NCBI RefSeq assembly: GCF_006345805.1
Contig: NC_042998.1
Location: forward strand, 191,890,001 to 191,954,000
Direction of reading: 5' to 3'
DNA from: Octopus sinensis
Taxonomy: Eukaryota
Length of the DNA stretch: 64,000 bases
Numbering within the stretch: the stretch's first letter is position 1; the number at the start of each line of letters is the position of its first letter. The translations under genes were made by a program, and so were the position numbers. The notes below the pieces were generated by a model. That model worked only from the letters and a program-made list of their open reading frames with translations. It ran no database searches and was not told the DNA's origin. This document shows positions 1 through 12,525 of this stretch, piece by piece.

Positions 1-696
1 AAGTTTATAACGTATCGCTTTATTTCAATGGAGGCACAACTACGTATCGGTGGTGTGATATTTATGAATGCAATTTAGTACAAACACCGAAAATAAATTA
101 TTATGTATGACGCACCTCTGACGTGATGTCGTTATATAAACACTTACAAACACAAATCTATTAAGACATGCTTCGAAATTTTTCAAGAGATGATTCGAAA
201 TAGCTGGATTTCAATTTCACTTATTTTCTATTTCTGTCATAAATATTGAAATACATAAGCAAAGAAAATTTTCCTCATCATCTTACAGGACGTTGTAAAC
301 TCCCGAAGAACTAATTCTGAGGCATGGTATTGGTACCCAATGGAAGCAATTTCCCTTCTATACAGTCAATAACCTTAGAGAGGCTCACCATTTTACTTTA
401 CATTTTCTATAAATTTGTGAGAACGTGCATCAATGAAAATAATAAATAATAGATATACAATTTGGTAAAAATAACTTAAATTCTCTTCATACAAATTGGA
501 ATGTCAAAAGAGGAAATAAAAACGTTCTTACAAATTTATTTTCAGATTTACACATACACATATGTTGAAATTTAATTATTAATTCCCGGTTGATAAATTA
601 ATTACCTAAAATAACTGAAATGCCAAGCTATTTATTTTCTTTCGAGAACATTTCATGCTTCTAAACGTTCAGGAACTAATAAAACCGCTGGCTACA

Positions 697-757
697 CAAA
701 CACACACACACACACACACACACACGCAAACACACACATACACACACACACACAGAA

Positions 758-790
<33 letters not shown>

Positions 791-832
791 TACACACACA
801 AACACACACACACACATACACACGCACACACG
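697..832. repeat. Imperfect (CA)n microsatellite
   Basis: Direct read; explains the THTH/VCVC ORFs at 655-922. Confidence 0.95.
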
Positions 833-1920
833 ATTTGTAATTGTATACCATTTCTCCGTTTTTTTTCTGTCCTTGTTTTCGTATATATTCGCTTGCTTTC
901 TTCCAAGGAATCCAGTGCTCATACCTTAGATTTTCTTTGTGCCGGCCAGACTGGAGCAGCCACGCGTGTTGAAATGTTTACAATTATTTCCTACCCATCA
1001 CTGAGCAAACAGATCTACGATTAACGGTATTCCATCCATGACACTCTCACTTTTAGAGTTTTCAACTACATCATCTGATATATATCCTATCCCATCACCG
1101 AATTTGTTCAGATAGCTATTGTTATGTTTGTCACTTTTTTTTATATCAAGTCGACTTTGATTACATTATCAAATATCCTTTTTAATATATTAAGATCTTG
1201 TACAAACGAAATTTAGCTGCTATTTCTAGGAGAAAGAACGACCATGCGAAGGTGTCCTAGGTGATTCTTTTGTCGCTGAAATAGTATCCGCAGATGTACC
1301 AGAGAATGGAAAGTATTTCAGTTCATAAGAAGTGATAGTCTTTAATTTAATTCAAAGCATCTTTTCTTATTTATATGTGTTCTGCCCAACATTGTACTAC
1401 CATGTTTGCATATGAAGCAGCAACAATGCTATGAATCGAAATTGAGCTTTGTAGGTGGTTCGGCAGTTATTCAGTACGAAAAAGAGTCTTAGAAAAGTTA
1501 TACATGCGGTTTCAAAAGAAAGAAGCAGTTAGACAAAATCGCGAGTACCCACCTAACATATATGAATAGCTAGGACTACAAGAAACATAGATAAGCATCC
1601 AATGGAAAATTAAAACTTCATCTAGAATTAGACTGAAAACGGCTAAATGAAACAGAATATAAGAGATGTTACGGGAGATGATTAATTATTGATAGATTTG
1701 CTAGTTGAAATGAATTTTGAGGGTTTGCGGTATGTAGGTTAGTCAAGCATAAGTGTGTAGCGTAAGAATATTTCTTGCTGCTTGAGAATATATAAAGTAA
1801 TCTTATTTCTCTCGTATTTTCAATGTCCGAAATATGTTACGATAACTCTGTAACAGAGGTGCGTGGAAGGCAACGTTCGAAGAGAGGTTCTCGAGTGTGA
1901 GAGAATCAACAAAGTGGTCG

Positions 1921-1994
1921 ACTACTACTACTACTACTACTGCTGCTGCTGCTACTACTACTACTACTACTACTAATACTACTACTACTACTAA

Positions 1995-2025
<31 letters not shown>

Positions 2026-2033
2026 GCTACTAC

Positions 2034-2080
<47 letters not shown>

Positions 2081-2123
2081 TACTAATACTACTACTATTG
2101 CTACTACTGCTGCTGCTGCTGCT
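1921..2123. repeat. (ACT)n/(GCT)n trinucleotide microsatellite
   Basis: Direct read; continues as (GCT)/(GAT)n at 2324-2430 beyond an inserted element. Confidence 0.95.
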
Positions 2124-2323
2124 CTTGTTGTTGTAAAGCAACAAGACGGATAAGGTGATTAGGCAATAGTCTAGGGCTTAGGGGCGGGAGACCCCAGACC
2201 GTGGAAAAAAATATTTGGCCGTCTTGCTGTAGTCGAGGGCTCTTCGTTGACGCCCGACACCACTGGGAAGTGGCCCTCGAAGTCGCTGGAAATGGAGATC
2301 TCCAGGTCCAAATTCTTGAACGG
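2124..2323 (-). mobile_element. Short ~200-bp retroposon (family D, (AAC)n tail), copy 1, inserted in a (GCT)n tract
   Basis: Closely matches 44242-44451 over its whole length with the same 5' boundary (...ttgaacgg|ct); flanked by ctgctgctgct on both sides. Confidence 0.8.
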
Positions 2324-2528
2324 CTGCTGCTGCTATCGCTGCTACCGCAGCTGCTACAGCTGCTGCTGCTGTTGCTGCTGCTGTTGCTGCTGCTGCTGAT
2401 AATGATGATGATGTTACTACTTCTGCTGCTTCCACGTCACCCTGTTTTGTCATGGTTAGAATGCTATATCCACTACGCTAAGATCTGCTCATGGTGTTAT
2501 TCTCAATACAATAAGTCCTTATTGTATA

Positions 2529-2853
2529 CTAGCAGTATCGCCCGGCGTTGCTCGGGTTTGTAAGGGAAATAACTATAAAGCATTTTTAGAGAGTTATAGC
2601 CAAAAAATGGAAAACAAATGATGGTCTGTGGTTTGGGTTTCTGATTCTCGACCCCATGTCGAATTTATCGATTTTTTTCAGAACTGGGGGAACTTTTCAA
2701 AATTTTCGCTGCGTTAGTTTTGAATTATGACATTGGGCTATGTCTGTGTCAAGTTTCATAAGAATCGGTTGAAAGCCGTGGTCAGGGTGAGGGTACAACC
2801 AAACAGACACACAGAAACACGCACAGACAAACTGCCGTTTATATATAGAGAGA
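2529..2853 (-). mobile_element. Non-autonomous Helitron, copy 1
   Basis: Minus strand reads A|TCTCTCTATATATAAA ... cccgagcaacgccggg-cgatactgCTAG|T: 5' TC, 3' CTAG, subterminal GC hairpin, A|T insertion site, no TSD. The 3' ~70 bp are shared with 41287-41810 and 63105-63496. Confidence 0.85.
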
Positions 2854-3082
2854 TTTTGTTCTCTGTTTTTTGTTTATTTTCTTTAATGAAAAATTTTCAA
2901 TGATTGATTAATTCTGCTGTCCTTCAATTTAATATGCACAAAATGTATTCCAAAAATTAGGTTTGTTGAGTAATCCTGGGTAATTTTCGCTAAACAGGAA
3001 ATAACGCAAACGTTCCAGCCAGCACAATCTAGATTATTCTGTTTTAGTCCTCTAGACAGTATATAAGGTACCATAATTGTAA

Positions 3083-3275
3083 GGCGGCGAGCTGGCAGAA
3101 ACGTTTGCGTAGCCGTATTTCGTCTGTCGTTACGTTCTGAGTTTGCCTTTCATCCTTTCGGGGTCGATAAATAAGGTACCAGCTTCGCACTGTGGTCTAT
3201 GTAATCGACTTAATCCCTTTGTCTGTCCTTGTTTGTCCCCTCTATGTTTAACCCCTTGTGTGCAGTATAAAAATA
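3083..3275 (+). mobile_element. tRNA-like-head SINE family A (internally deleted copy)
   Basis: ggcggcgagctggcagaaacg...gcctttcatcctttcggggtcgataaa...; TSD tatataaggtac(cat/tac)aattgt at 3060-3080 and 3276-3296 (19/21 match). Confidence 0.85.
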
Positions 3276-4059
3276 TATATAAGGTACTACAATTGTCTAT
3301 GTTTTTCTTTTCAAACTACTGCATTGAAAGCAGCCAAATTGTCTTCCTAGCATAGTCTCAATCAATCTCCCGAGAACCCCGTTCCCAGTGAGAGCTACAT
3401 ATTGCATTGCAACTACTGCATGGTAAGGACTTATAGCTCTTTATGGTCAAATCCTGCAGAATTTGTACAGCGTAGATGCCAACATAAATAAAATATATTC
3501 GACCAATATTTTATAGAGGATATTGGGGGAACTATATCACATATGGTGAGAGCGTTATCAAAATTTTTCGTTCGTAAATGCGTAACAAAAACACTGCAAC
3601 ATGAGTTACAGTGATACTTGTCCGCAGTCCAATGGTCGAGAATACTAACATAGTAATGATCGCATGCACGTATGCACTCACACATACAACCTGATGTATG
3701 CATGCAGGCAGGCTTATATATATCGATTGATAAATGTGTGTGTGTGTGAGAGCATCTGTGTTTGTAAGTGTGTGTAAAATTGATAGGCTGATAAGGCAGA
3801 GAAAGATATAGAAGTGTTCCATATGAAAAATGTGAACTTATGTAGGAGGAGATTTATGTTCTTAGATCTTAAGATTCCATATTTACTGTTGGCAGACATC
3901 ATTTATTTACTTTTTACCCTGATTTTAGCATCCAAATAATAATCCGTATTCCTGCGCACTGGCACAGCGTTATATATGTTCATATTTATAGTGATAAACA
4001 TGTATGTATATATGTAGGTAGGTAGGTAGGATATTATCTATGTATGCGTGTACGTATGG

Positions 4060-4315
4060 ATATATATATATATATATGTATGTATGTATGTATGTATGCA
4101 TGTATGTATGTATGTATGTATGTATGTATGCATGTATATATGCATGTATGTATGTATGTATGTATGTATGTATGTATGTATGTATGTATGTATGTATGCA
4201 TGTTTGCATGCATGTATGTATGCATGTATGTATGTATGTATGTATGTATGTATGTATGTATGTATGCATGCATGCATGCATGTATGTATGTATGTATGTA
4301 TGTATGTGTGTATGT
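4060..4315. repeat. (TA)n + (TATG)n microsatellite
   Basis: Direct read; source of the MYVC/HTYI ORFs. Confidence 0.95.
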
Positions 4316-4529
4316 GTTTACATGTGCTTGTATGCGCTTCTGTATGATCTTGTAAGTTTATATACCCATATACATCGAGTTTTATGATTTTGGATATTGG
4401 TGTAAACCTGTACCGATATGCATGAAAAATCACTAGTGTATCCATTATACATACATACACACACGCACATACACACAGATATATGTATGAATATATTTAT
4501 ATATGTATATATATGAAGATATCTATCCA

Positions 4530-4605
<76 letters not shown>

Positions 4606-5985
4606 GGTATATATATATATCACCTTCGAAACGTAGAGTAGATGAAACGATGGCGACTGAAGAAGGGGTTTTTTCCTTGTGTTATTTGTCCTGTACTCTA
4701 TTTTTTTGTTGTTTAAGAAAAATGTCCAGTTCCTTGGGTTTGTGTCTATGTTTTTGTTTCTCATTGTGTTCGACGTTTTTTTTTTTTGGTGTCCTGTACT
4801 CATATATGCGTGTATATATGGATGTAGAGGTAGGTACGTACATATATGTATATATATATGCATATATTTTATTTATTAATATATTATATATATATATACA
4901 TACATACAGAGACGGAGAGAGAAGGAAAGAGACAGAAAGAGAAGGAGAGCAGATTTTCTCGAAATTCATTAAAGTAACGTAAAGCCTGTATTTTAGATGT
5001 CACGTGTAACGTGGGTGAGAGACTCTAGTGCAGCGAAAATGTTGTAGGGAAAATGTTAGCTGAATCTAAATTGAGCACGAATCATATACTTGTCACCTTT
5101 TTCTGACAGTTGTATTATCGCCAAAATAGCTTCTTGATTTTTTTGTCTTTTTTCAGAATTTGAAGTATTATTTTATTGATATATCACAAGGAATTATATG
5201 TGCGCATATGTATGTGTGTAAATATACACACTCTCAAACATATATGCATATACATATATGACTCTCTTTCTCTCTCTTCTTAAATATATATATATGTGTG
5301 TGTACTTACAATATAGTATATATGTATGTAATATATTTATGCATATATATATTGTATTATGTATGCATATATGACGTCATAGAATAGTCCATAGCATTAA
5401 TCGAGACTTTGGAGAGTATTTGGAATAAGAGAGGGATTTTTCCTGAAGAAAGTCAGGAGACGATGCACTAATGCTTGTCCTGCTACACTAATATTTGTGG
5501 TTACCCGAACAGCTGGGTAGCCGTTCACCCTTTTCCAGTTTCATCTAGTTTCTTCATACGCCTTGCTTCGTTTCTGCCTTCCTGGGTTCCTGGCAATACC
5601 ATTTACCAGATTAGCGTGACGCTAATCTGTAATTGAATGAACATCGACCCGAACTTGTGACTGCCTGTTTTGGATTACATGTTATCAGTAGCATTTACAA
5701 CCCATATTGTTCACACATGCAAATAAATGCGCACAAACGTGTGTGTGTAAATGAGAATTGTATGATGAGGTCACAGAAGTGTGACGAAAGAACTCTGGCC
5801 GAAATAAGATTAAGATTAATGTAAAAAAATAAATAACGCTGAAACAAAGTACACCAAATATATAGTGCGTGTGTTTTTATTGGCTAAACTGGCAAAATGA
5901 CCATTCCTAAATACAACAATATCTGTCTCAACACACGATTTCACATCAAAAGTCCTGCAAAACAAATATATTAACGTAAATATAC

Positions 5986-6196
<211 letters not shown>

Positions 6197-6258
6197 CAGA
6201 AACAATAGAAGTTGAAAATGTACTTTGAATAGTTAATATATTTCTTATTAATATTTTT

Positions 6259-6304
6259 AAACATTTAACCGGTTTCACAGTTGACACTGATTTTCAAAAT
6301 ATTC
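6259..6304 (-). ncRNA. Degenerate minimal hammerhead ribozyme-like motif (Penelope type)
   Basis: Minus strand: gaatatt TTGAAAA t-cagt-gtca-actg-t GAAA CCGG TTA aatgttt. Stems I and II pair, but the core deviates from CUGANGA and the cleavage-site register is imperfect. Confidence 0.4.
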
Positions 6305-6559
6305 AAATAGAATGACGTGGCTTGTGTCGCAGCTGTCTTGCTTCTGACCAGTGTTTGAAGCTTGCCCTATTTTTATAGGGAGTTCATGGCTCAAATTAAT
6401 ATATATTTTGAATAGGATTTCATTGGTAGAGGATAGTTACATGACTGGTCTTCGACATTTTTGTGGGTTCTCTGCTACACCCGTGCGTTAGTATCAAGTG
6501 AAATGTTTGGCGTCGTAAAGTAAGGCTAACTCCGTTGACTGAGCATGACCAAACAAGCA

Positions 6560-6975
6560 ATGCTCTGAATGTTTTCTGTCAAATTCTAATCATCTGGAAA
6601 CTCCTCTGAGTTTCCTGCCGCGCGTAGGCTCACCTGGAACCCTTGACTAGTGGAGATCCAGTATTGTTTTCAAAACACTTACATCAGCACCACACATATC
6701 AATGACGCTCCGGGGAAGGATATTGAAGAGCTGTGGGCCCTTGAAACCCAAACCGTATCTGGTCCTATATCCTGACGGCAATGTGGGGATTTTTAGTACT
6801 ATGCACTTCCACCCCGTTCTGTTGTTTGTGTAACGTACAAAGCCAAATTTAGGTACAAGTTCTAGGATTTTCCAGATGTATATCACTGCATACCTTCCCC
6901 GCCTTTGTTCTAGGGAGTGAAGACATCACTTATTCTGGATCTCCAAGTAGCTGACATGTCGCATTGAGACGATCT
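6560..6975 (-). mobile_element. CR1-like LINE, C-terminal ORF2 remnant
   Basis: Minus-strand translation SLEQRRGRYAVIYIWKILE...GFKGPQLFNILP...LKTILDLH...VPGEP resembles the CR1-clade RT C-terminus (SLERRRERY.IIY.WKIL, LFN.LP, PDEP). Confidence 0.7.
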
Positions 6976-8289
6976 TATATTCAGAAATTTTTACAACCTC
7001 TCCCTTTCTGCATGTGGCAGAGCTTATAATTATAGTTGACCGATTTTAATTTTATTTATGAATCCCTCACTCTTATAACTAAAGATCTTTAGGCAAAAGA
7101 GCTCCTTGCTCATACTATGCTCTTGCAAGTGAGAATGCCTGTACGTGGTTTTTTGACATACTAGAAATGTCAACCAATGCACAACAAAGATTTCTCTAGA
7201 CTACGCCTTAGTAAAAGACGGAAGATTATGTCTTTAATAATAGAGTTTCTCAGAACTGGTTGGGTCTAAACAACAATTTAGTATCGTTTATGTTCGTGAA
7301 AAGACAAACAAACAATACCTTAATATCGAATTTTAAACATCAACAGTTTAAAATTGTATATATATATATATTAAAAGGTAGCTTATTTACAAAACTTTTA
7401 AGTTTTATTATCTGAACCAAACGATTCTACGTATTTACTTACGGGTATCGTTTCTTTGACGTTTAACATATTTGTTTGAAGTTTAAGAATATGTCTTATC
7501 AACCTCAACATTTTTTTCATCTATTTAATAGCTTGTCGAGCATCATGTCGAATGGCCTTTAACGTCTTTATACATCAAAGAGGGGTTTAGGTTTTGTGTT
7601 TTTGTGAAGCTTTGTATATATTTTCTGAAAATTACTGCCTGTGTCTATATATACGTTAATATATATATATATGTGCATACTGCTTTTGCGGTGTTAGAGT
7701 TCAGAGTTTTTCGCAACACAAAATTAACTATATTTTATGTATGACTTTTTTGAAGTGCCAGTATCATTTGTGGGGTTTCAGGAAACACTTTATTATTATT
7801 TGCTCGCATATCCTCAACATTCACATTGAGTAGTGACTTAAACAAGACTATATTTTATATACTTCTTTCTAACTATTGAAATGGCTTATTACTTAACCGC
7901 AACTCAACCCTTATTGAGATCATTGATCAAATATTTTGTTATTGTGAGTATTCCATATTATAGAAATATGTTATGAGAAGGATATTTGACCTTTACTTCT
8001 GGTATAACGACCGATTATGTTGAAACTAACTCTTGGTTCTATATACGTAATTCCCAAATTTATCACTGTACAATATCGATAGTTTATAACTTACCAATAA
8101 TTTGTAGGAAGGGTATACTAGCATATTTTCTGATTGTATTCAGCAGGAACATGTACGTGTTCAGTTGTTCGTTGGATCTCATGTGTATGAAGATATACGG
8201 CATTTTTAAGTAATCGTATAATACTGAACTTGGATTTGTGGACGTTGAAGAATGCATATATTTTGTACAGCGATAATTTGTTTTTATTT

Positions 8290-8876
8290 TTTTAGTGTCC
8301 ACAAGGGGCTAAACATAGAGGGGACAAACAAGGACAGACAAGGGTATTAAGTCGATTACATCGACCCCAGTGCGAAGCTGGTACTTATTTAATCGACATC
8401 GAAAAGATGAAAGGCAAAGTCGACCTCGGCGGAATTTGAACTCCGAACATAACGATGGACGAAATACCTATTTTTTTACTACCCACAAGGTACCAAACAC
8501 AGAGAGGACAAACAAGGACAGGCAAACGGATTAAGTCGATTATATCGACTCCAGTGCGTAACTGGTACTTATTTAATCGACCTCGAAAGGATGAAAGGCA
8601 AAATCGACCTCGGCGGAATTTGAAATCCGAACGTAACGGTAGACGAAATACCTATTTATTTACTACCCACAAGGGGCTAAACTCAGAGGACAAACAAGGG
8701 CGGACAAACGGATTAAGTCGATTATATCGACCCCTGTGCGTAACTGGTACTTATTTAATCAACCCCGAAAGGATGAAAGGCAAAGTCGACCTCGGCGGAA
8801 TTTAAACTCAGAACGTAGCGGCAGAGGAAATACCGCTAATCATTTCGCCCGGCGTGCTAACGTTTCTGCTAGCTCA
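8290..8876 (-). mobile_element. SINE family A tandem trimer (three ~183-bp bodies, one head)
   Basis: Units at about 8290-8465, 8466-8648 and 8649-8830 joined at gaaatacc; single head 8831-8876. Confidence 0.9.
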
Positions 8877-10215
8877 ATGATAATTAAACCTGCGACTAAT
8901 TTATAGCGAGGAGGACTGCAGCATTTTAGAAATATAAGTGTTATAGTCACTGATATAACAACATGCAACCACCGACTTCTCCGCACGATATACGGTGCTC
9001 TATCCATTATGTCACTCCTTATAACTCTTCTGGCAGACTTTGTAAAAACACCGTTTGTCAAGGTCATAATCGGCGAAGGATATATTGGAGGACTGCCTTT
9101 CAAGGCGCTACATAATGGAATTGATCGTGACACCTCAGGATCGTTAAACATTTAACCGTGTAGCTATGCATGTGACTATTTATAATACAAGAGAATTGCG
9201 CATTTACTAAATGTCCTTCCTTTTATGGATGATTTGCGCACATATATTGTAATACACACACACAAATATATATGTGTGTCTATTATTGTATGTATTGTTG
9301 ATATTAATTGCTCTTTGTCTCGTCTTCTTTTTTTTATTTTGTTGTACTGCATGTGCAGAGGCGTATAAAATAAATTGTATGTTATGTATCGAAACTATTT
9401 TCTTATTCATTCGTTTAATATATTGTCCATTACTTCTCCTAACTTAGAAAAGTTTTCTTTTAGCTTATCTCTAAATGATCGCTGATTGTAGCGACAGAAA
9501 TCTCACTATTGTTGATAAATGTCATACGGAAACAGATGAAGTGCTTCTATATCAAATGTAATCGTTATTTCAACTTATAAAATATAATATTTTCTGAAGA
9601 TGCTCTTCTGTAATACAGAATATTTGCTGATTTTTTTGCAATTTCCATTGGAGAATGACGTTACTTTCAAAGAATGGTATGTAGCCAAAGATTTGTCGAA
9701 AATTGTATATTTGCTTTACTGATACGAGTAAAATGACGTAACATCTAAGCAGTCGCACAAAGTGCTAAAACTGCTGCAACTTCTCTGTAACAGCTCACCT
9801 TAACATTAGATAATATATTTTAAATTTTAATGAGTATAAGACACTGGAAATTATTGCAATACCATTGATCATAGGTCGTTTCCGTCAGTGTTAATCAGAA
9901 CCTAAACAACAACCAAAACACCACCTTCGACTATTATTAGTAAATATGTTATGGGTGAATGAGAGTTAAGCAAGCTCCATTGTGAATTTAAAAGGGACGT
10001 GTGAAACTATCTCAGAACAAGTATTTCAGCGTTTATCTCTTCCTGCCTTACGATATGAATTTAGAAGGTCTAACATGATCTCTAGTTACAAAAAACCGGT
10101 CACCAGTTCGTTGAAATGTCGTATTTGGTTATCTGTATATAAACGCTTTAAAGTGTTAACTATCATATTTAACGCAGTAATCCGCCAAGAATATATAGTC
10201 AGTTCTCATTATACC

Positions 10216-10447
10216 TATTTCTTTACTACCCACAATGGGCTAAACACAGAGGGGACAAACAAGGACAGACAAACGGATTAAGTTGATTATATGGACCCCA
10301 GTGCGTAACTGGTATTTATTTAATCGACCCCGAAAGGATGAAAGGCAAAGTCGACCACGGCGGAATTTGAACTCAGAACGTAGCAGCAGACGAAATACTG
10401 CTAAGCATTTCGCCCGGCGTGCTAACGTTTCTGCCAGCTCGCCGCCT
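10216..10447 (-). mobile_element. SINE family A, full monomer
   Basis: Full head and body; TSD tcagtt(c/t)tca(t/a)tatacc at 10199-10215 and 10448-10464. Confidence 0.9.
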
Positions 10448-10877
10448 TCAGTTTTCAATATACCAACGTCGAAAATATATCAGTATGGATTAAAATTGAC
10501 ACACACGCGCGCACACTCTTACACGCACACATTTGCACTCATATACATCGATTAGGCTAAAACAACAAATGGAGTCGGGGTGACAGCCAGAGATGCGGAA
10601 TACTATTGTAGTATTGTAATACTACTGCAATAAGATTTTTTTGAAGTCATCGAATTTTAATCAAAATAAAAGTTTTTAACGGAAATTATCGTAAATTCAT
10701 TTTATGATCTTCGCACTTACTCACACACACACGCACACACACACACATACACACATAAACACACACACACACGCATATCTATGTATGGTTTTATATATAT
10801 ATATATAGTCAGTTAAAATAAACAAACAATTAAAATACCGAGAAAAAAAACCAACGTGAGGAGGTGCATAAGAAATA

Positions 10878-12083
10878 TTAGGTAATCCCATAAGTTCTGT
10901 CCGATTCTATCTTTTTTTAAAATTGAATGAAATTTAATGGTATGTCAGAATGACTAATGGAATTAAAAATTATTTTTATGCATTTGTGTACATTTAAACT
11001 AATTAAATATCATTTTACAAAATAATAGAATTAAAATTTCTTTGATAAAGACCATTTATAACATGGAAGTATCCAAAGAGCATTTAAGGCACATAAGGAT
11101 TTATGAGTACAAAAAAAGGAAACTCTGCAACCCAAGCGACTCGAAGCATGCACTCAGTTTATGGGAAAGAATGCTTGAATGAAAGAACTTGCAGAAGATG
11201 GTTTGCAAAATCCCAAAGGGGAGATTTCAGCTTTGAAGTTGAAGATGAACAGGACGTCCAGTTGAGTTTGATGATAAGCTCCTTGAGGCATTATCTGAAG
11301 ATAATCCTGCATTATCAGTTGGGGGATTGGCAATAAAACTTAGTTCAAAGCATATAACTGTTCATCGTCATCTTCAACAACTTGGAAAGGTTCCTAAACT
11401 TGGAAAATGGGTGTCTCATGAATTTTCCGAAAGCAACCGCAAATCCCGAGTTGACATCCGCTTTTCTCTCCATTCTTGCGAACTCCTTTCACCCTTTTTT
11501 GGATAGACTTGTGACTGGTGACGAGAAATGGATCTTCTATCGAAACGTTAAACGTCGTAAACAGTGACTTGGTAAAAGGGAAAAAGCTCAACCGTAACCG
11601 AGAAGAGAACTTCATGGGTAAAAGATTCTTCTCTCTATCTAGTGGGATTGCAAAGGAGTAATTCACTTGGAATTGTTACCACATAATGCAACAATCAATG
11701 CTCAAGTCTACTCTCAGCAATTAGAGCGTTTGATCCAAGCTTTCAAGAAGAAAATACCCAGTTTAATGATTCGAAAAGGAATGATGTTCATCAGGACAAT
11801 GCGCAACCCCACACTGCAAAGATCACTTCATAGAAGATCGAAGAGCTTGGTTGGGAAAAAAATTCCTCATCCACCTTATTCTCCTGACCTTGCTCCTTCA
11901 CACTACCATTTGTTTCGTAGTTTACAGAATCATTTGGGGGACATAATCTTCGCAAGCCAGGAGGAGGTCGAAACTGACATTTCAGAGTTGTTCGCTTTGA
12001 AACCAAAAGAGTTTTACATTGATGGGATTAAAACGCTTGTAAATAGATGGAAGGAAGTCATAGATAATCAGGGAAAGTACATT
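10878..12083 (+). mobile_element. Mariner (DD34D) DNA transposon, decayed; right TIR lost at a (TA)n tract
   Basis: TA|TTAGGT left end followed by the transposase remnant; the sequence runs into (TA)n at ~12083. Confidence 0.9.
11063..12083 (+). pseudogene. Mariner transposase pseudogene
   Basis: MEVSKEHLRH..GNSATQA..TCRRWFAK (HTH), WVSHE (WVPHEL), LVTGDEKW, HQDNAQPH, PHPPYSPDLAPSHYHLF (third catalytic D appears as H); several frameshifts and stops. Confidence 0.92.
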
Positions 12084-12090
12084 ATATATA

Positions 12091-12154
<64 letters not shown>

Positions 12155-12230
12155 GTATATATTTCATTTCATCTAGTTTCAGCTCACGAGCTGTGGCCAT
12201 ATATATATGCACACACACACACACACACAC

Positions 12231-12276
<46 letters not shown>

Positions 12277-12281
<5 letters not shown>

Positions 12282-12490
12282 AAACAAGTCAAGATAGAAA
12301 ATGCTAAAATAATTTTATAAAGAACATTTCAGTACCGGTTTCAGTCATTTGAGACCTTTTCAGCTGTAACAATTAAATAATTAATTTAGAAAAATTAAAA
12401 GAAAAGTTTTTTTAAAAGAATATTTGTATAGTGTTCAAATATAAGTGGCATTTTCCTTGTTTCTGCCTTCTGTCTCTCTTGTTTACACTT
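12277..12490 (-). mobile_element. ~215-bp (TA)n-adjacent module with hammerhead-like motif (probable Penelope pLTR fragment), copy 1
   Basis: Homologous in reverse orientation to 47083-47297; both abut (TA)n at the same end. Confidence 0.7.
12327..12369 (-). ncRNA. Minimal type-I hammerhead-like motif (G8->A)
   Basis: Minus strand: ttacag CTGAAAA ggtc-tcaaat-gact GAAA CCGG TA ctgaaa. Stem I has one mismatch, stem II 4 bp, stem III is the palindrome ACCGGU, site GUA. Confidence 0.6.
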
Positions 12491-12494
12491 ATAA

Positions 12495-12525
<31 letters not shown>

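Noticed and set aside
270-400. Possible exon after a polypyrimidine-CAG acceptor
   Set aside because: Frames close quickly and no recognisable homology.
7440-7510. Hammerhead-like TTGATAA...GAAACGATA on the minus strand
   Set aside because: Two core substitutions and poor stem I and III pairing; not distinguishable from chance.
8290-8876. CRISPR-like repeat-spacer array
   Set aside because: Units are whole ~183-bp SINE bodies without unique spacers; eukaryotic context and no cas genes.
8930-9155. Possible host exon (frames open on both strands)
   Set aside because: No recognisable protein motif and no convincing splice pair.
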